A stretch of 64,000 bases of DNA. Origin: Lingula anatina (Eukaryota; Animalia; Brachiopoda). This document shows, piece by piece, positions 59,801 to 64,000 of this stretch; the first letter of the stretch is position 1, and each line of letters opens with the position of its first letter. Position numbers and translations under genes: made by a program. Below the pieces are notes generated by a model. That model had not been told where the DNA came from, made no database searches, and was given only the letters and a program-made list of their open reading frames with translations. The stretch lies in contig CM120647.1 in NCBI GenBank assembly GCA_051362555.1, positions 16,468,651 through 16,532,650 on the forward strand, given 5' to 3'.

Positions 59801-62800
59801 AAAAAAGTATCTGAAGTCATCTAACTAGGAACGTTCCGAGCAGGCCTATCAATGAAAGCCAACGAACTTGAATTAAATCAGTAGCTTTTCCGGTATAACA
59901 GCACGTCATACCACCTGTTAACCGTGTTCAGCAGAAAAATGATATCTCCTCGGTGGAATTGTTTGCAAAATATGTTTTATTTTAAATTTCCATCGCTGCA
60001 ATTGCTTATATGGAAATTGCACCAGTTAGTAAACATTTGAATGTTTTTTTCCCCTCTCTTCTTAAGATCTCGCAAAAATTAAAACACGCCTGTTGTGAAC
60101 CGCCTTTGATCCCATTGTACTCTTTAATATCTTGGGTAAAGCCAAAATCAATTTGAGTATGAAACAAACTCCTAGCTCCGTGTCGGGTTCTGAAACACGC
60201 ATGGGTTCCTGTACATCATGAATTTTACCGTTCATGATAAATGCGGCACCTGGTTTATCGAATGGGATAGCAGATACACACATGTTCATCCAAGCTGGCC
60301 CTCTCCGTGGCAAGGTTGAAAGTTCCCATCCGATCATTACGTATCAACGAAGCTGGCGTAGCTCCGTGGTAACGATGCTGTCTCGCATACAGTCAGACAC
60401 TGGTACCCTGGTTCGAGACCCACCAAGTATAGTACCGTATACTTTTTTCCAAAATTAAATTTTGAATATTCCGTTTGGTTACTATAAGAGGAAACTCGTA
60501 AGTACGGAGGGTGGGCGGGTCTGTCACGGCGCAGTCGGTAGCGTGCTTGGATGCAAATGAGATACCAGAAGCGCCATCAACCATGGCAACGCAAAGTCAC
60601 GAGTTCGAGTCCCGGATCAGGCACGTCAGTCCATCACGACAACGACCGAGCAACTGAATCGGGACCCGGAAGTCACGAGAACGAATCAGGGCTCTCGTGG
60701 GTCCTAGCAAATTACCTTTTGCATAAAAATACGGTATACTTTAGAAAGTTTACATTAAATGATCCATTTAAAACGAACATATTGCAGGTCGTTAGAATAA
60801 AGTCTGCGTCGTCAATAATATTTCCTTTCTCTTCAGTTAAAAGTCCATAGATTGGTGACACAGATCTTGTACTTAAATTGAGCTGTAGCTAACTCCGTAT
60901 GTTCTGCATTTCATCAAAATGTGCTATCTTCTCGGTGGGATTATCAGAGAGAACATTTTTTTTTTTACAAAGTCCTCTATTGCTTTTAACAAGCACACAT
61001 TTTGTCTTTTCATGCCCTCCTTTCCTTTTCTGCGCCCTTGCTTCTCAAGACGGTTCATGTGTTCATACAGTACCCGGGGCAAGTCCGCGGTCGTCATTTG
61101 AACGAGCAAAGACTACTCAATACTAAAACCGCCCAGGTGTGAACAGCTGTAAACCTCGTCGCACTGTATATCGTCAAAGGCGAAAGCAAACGTTATCTCA
61201 GTGCAAAACAAAATAAAAAATAAAAAAGTATCTGAAGTCATCTAACTAGGAACGTTCCGAGCAGGCCTATCAATGAAAGCCAACGAACTTGAATTGAATC
61301 AGTAGCTTTTCCGGTATAACAGCACGTCATACCACCTGTTAACCGTGTTCAGCAGAAAAATGATATCTCCTCGGTGGAATTGTTTGCAAAATATGTTTTA
61401 TTTTAAATTTCCATCGCTGCAATTGCTTATATGGAAATTGCACCAGTTATTAAACATTTGAATGTATTTCCCCTCTCTTCTTAAGATCTCGCAAAAATTA
61501 AAACACGCCTGTTGTGAACCGCCTTTGATCCTATTGTACTCTTTAATATCTTGGGTAAAGCCAAAATCAATTTGAGTATGAAACAAACTCCTAGCTCCGT
61601 GTCGGGTTCTGAAACACGCATGGGTTCCTGTAAATCATGAATTTTACCGTTCATGATAAATGCGGCACCTGGTTTATCGAATGAGATAGCAGATACACAC
61701 ATGTTCATCCAAGCTGGCCCTCTCCGTGGCAAGGTTGAAAGTTCCCATCCGATCATTACGTATCAACGAAGCTGGCGTAGCTCCGTGGTAACGATGCTGT
61801 CTCGCATACAGTCAGACACTGGTACCCTGGTTCGAGACCCACCAAGTATAGTACCGTATACTTTTTTCCAAAATTAAATTTTGAAAATTCCGTTTGGTTA
61901 CTATAAGAGGAAACTCGTAAGTACGGAGGGTGGGCGGGTCTGTCACGGCGCAGTCGGTAGCGTGCTTGGATGCAAATGAGATACCAGAAGCGCCATCAAC
62001 CATGGCAACGCAAAGTCACGAGTTCGAGTCCCGGATCAGGCACGTCAGTCCATCACGACAACGACCGAGCAACTGAATCGGGACCCGGAAGTCACGAGAA
62101 CGAATCAGGGCTCTCGTGGGTCCTAGCAAATTACCTTTTGCATAAAAATACGGTATACTTTAGAAAGTTTACATTAAATGATCCATTTAAAACGAACATA
62201 TTGCAGGTCGTTAGAATAAAGTCTGCGTCGTCAATAATATTTCCTTTCTCTTCAGTTAAAAGTCCATAGATTGGAGACACAGATCTTGTACTTAAATTGA
62301 GCTGTAGCTAACTCCGTATGTTCTGCATTTCATCAAAATGTGCTATCTTCTCGGTGGGATTATCAGAGAGAACATTTTTTTTTTTTTACAAAGTCCTCTA
62401 TTGCTTTTAACAAGCACACATTTTGTCTTTTCATGCCCTCCTTTCCTTTTCTGCGCCCTTGCTTCTCAAGACGGTTCATGTGTTCATACAGTACCCGGGG
62501 CAAGTCCGCGGTCGTCATTTGAACGAGTAAAGACTACTCAATACTAAAACCGCCCAGGTGTGAACAGCTGTAAACCTCGTCGCACTGTATATCGTCAAAG
62601 GCGAAAGCAAACATTATCTCAGTGCAAAACAAAATAAAAAATAAAAAAGTATCTGAAGTCATCTAACTAGGAACGTTCCGAGCAGGCCTATCAATGAAAG
62701 CCAACGAACTTGAATTGAATCAGTAGCTTTTCCGGTATAACAGCACGTCATACCACCTGTTAACCGTGTTCAGCAGAAAAATGATATCTCCTCGGTGGAA

Positions 62801-64000
62801 TTGTTTGCAAAATATGTTTTATTTAAAATTTCCATCGCTGCAATTGCTTATATGGAAATTGCACCAGTTATTAAACATTTGAATGTTTTTTTCCCCTCTC
62901 TTCTTAAGATCTCGCAAAAATTAAAACACGCCTGTTGTGAACCGCCTTTGATCCCATTGTACTCTTTAATATCTTGGGTAAAGCGAAAATCAATTTGAGT
63001 ATAAAACAAACTCCTAGCTCCGTGTCGGGTTCTGAAACACGCATGGGTTCCTGTACATCATGAATTTTACCGTTCCTGATAAATGCGGCACCTGGTTTAT
63101 CGAATGGGATAGCAGATACACACATGTTCATCCAAGCTGGCCCTCTCCGTGGCAAGGTTGAAAGTTCCCATCCGATCATTACATATCAACGAAGCTGGTG
63201 TGGCTCCGTGGTAACGATGCTGTCTCGCATACAGTCAGACACTGGTACCCTGGTTCGAGACCCACCAAGAATAGTACCGTATACTTTTTTCCAAAATTAA
63301 ATTTTGAAAATTCCGTTTGGTTACTATAAGAGGAAACTCGTAAGTACGGAGGGTGGGCGGTTCTGTCACGGCGCAGTCGGTAGCGTGCTTGGATGCAAAT
63401 GAGTTACCAGAAGCGCCATCAACCATGGCAACGCAAAGTCACGAGTTCGAGTCCCGGATCAGGCACGTCAGTCCATCACAACAACGACCGAGGAACTGAA
63501 TCGGGACCCGGAAGTCACGAGAACGAATCAGGGCTCTCGTGGGTCCTAGCAAATTACCTTTTGCATAAAAATACGGTATACTTTAGAAAGTTTACATTTA
63601 ATGATCCATTTAAAACGAACATATTGCAGGTCGTTAGAATAAAGTCTACGTCGTCAATAATATTTCCTTTCTCTTCAGTTAAAAGTCCATAGATTGGTGA
63701 CACAGATCTTGTACTTAAATTGAGCTGTAGCTAACTCCGTATGTTCTGCATTTCATCAAAATGTGCTATCTTCTCGGTGGGATTATCAGAGAGAACATTT
63801 TTTTTTTACAAAAGCCTCTATTGCTTTTAACAAGCACACATTTTGTCTTTTCATGCCCTCCTTTCCTTTTCTGCGCCCTTGCTTCTCAAGACGGTTCATG
63901 TGTTCATACAGTACCCGGGGCAAGTCCGCAGTCGTCATTTGAACGAGTAAAGACTACTCGATACTAAAACCGCCCAGGTGTGAACAGCTGTGGACCTCGT

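Larger units (their letters stand above)
54085..64000. repeat. Tandem array of ~1.42-kb units (macrosatellite) with rearranged and diverged units at the left edge; continues beyond the window
   Basis: Near-identical ORF-track peptides recur at 59130, 60551, 61970 and 63393 (periods 1421, 1419, 1423). A composite block recurs at 54917 and 56983 (period 2066). A diverged unit lies at ~54085-54710. Confidence 0.97.

Noticed and set aside
56635-63967. Recurrent 60-99 aa ORFs in the tandem array
   Set aside because: They recur only because the DNA is repeated. Frames shift with poly-T length between units, and there are no protein motifs.
54085-64000. 5S rRNA, U snRNA, histone or CRISPR array interpretation
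   Set aside because: There are only short scattered resemblances (e.g. CATACCAC, CCGGGTACTGTA) that are not collinear. No histone ORFs and no repeat-spacer structure are present.

Overview
Eukaryotic, intron-rich invertebrate genomic DNA, probably spiralian or molluscan (inferred from the TALE gene type). From left to right it contains: (1) the first coding exon of a BMP5-8/Gbb-type ligand on the minus strand, whose intron 1 runs off the left edge; (2) several palindromic MITEs; (3) two tandem 12-exon paralogues of a prokaryote-like SLC6/NSS sodium symporter on the plus strand; (4) a complete 21-coding-exon Ars2/SRRT gene on the minus strand; (5) a ~10 kb tandem array of ~1.42 kb units, each carrying two Pol III-like A-box/B-box cassettes. 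The standout observation is that Ars2 intron 15 (39474-44241) is a U12-type AT-AC minor-spliceosome intron. It hosts, on the opposite strand, a complete two-exon divergent TALE homeobox gene (SPILE/PADRE-like, WFEN recognition helix) with its own CCAAT/TATA promoter rich in TGACA sites. All exon coordinates were read by hand and checked for frame consistency. Family assignments come from recalled motifs, not database searches.
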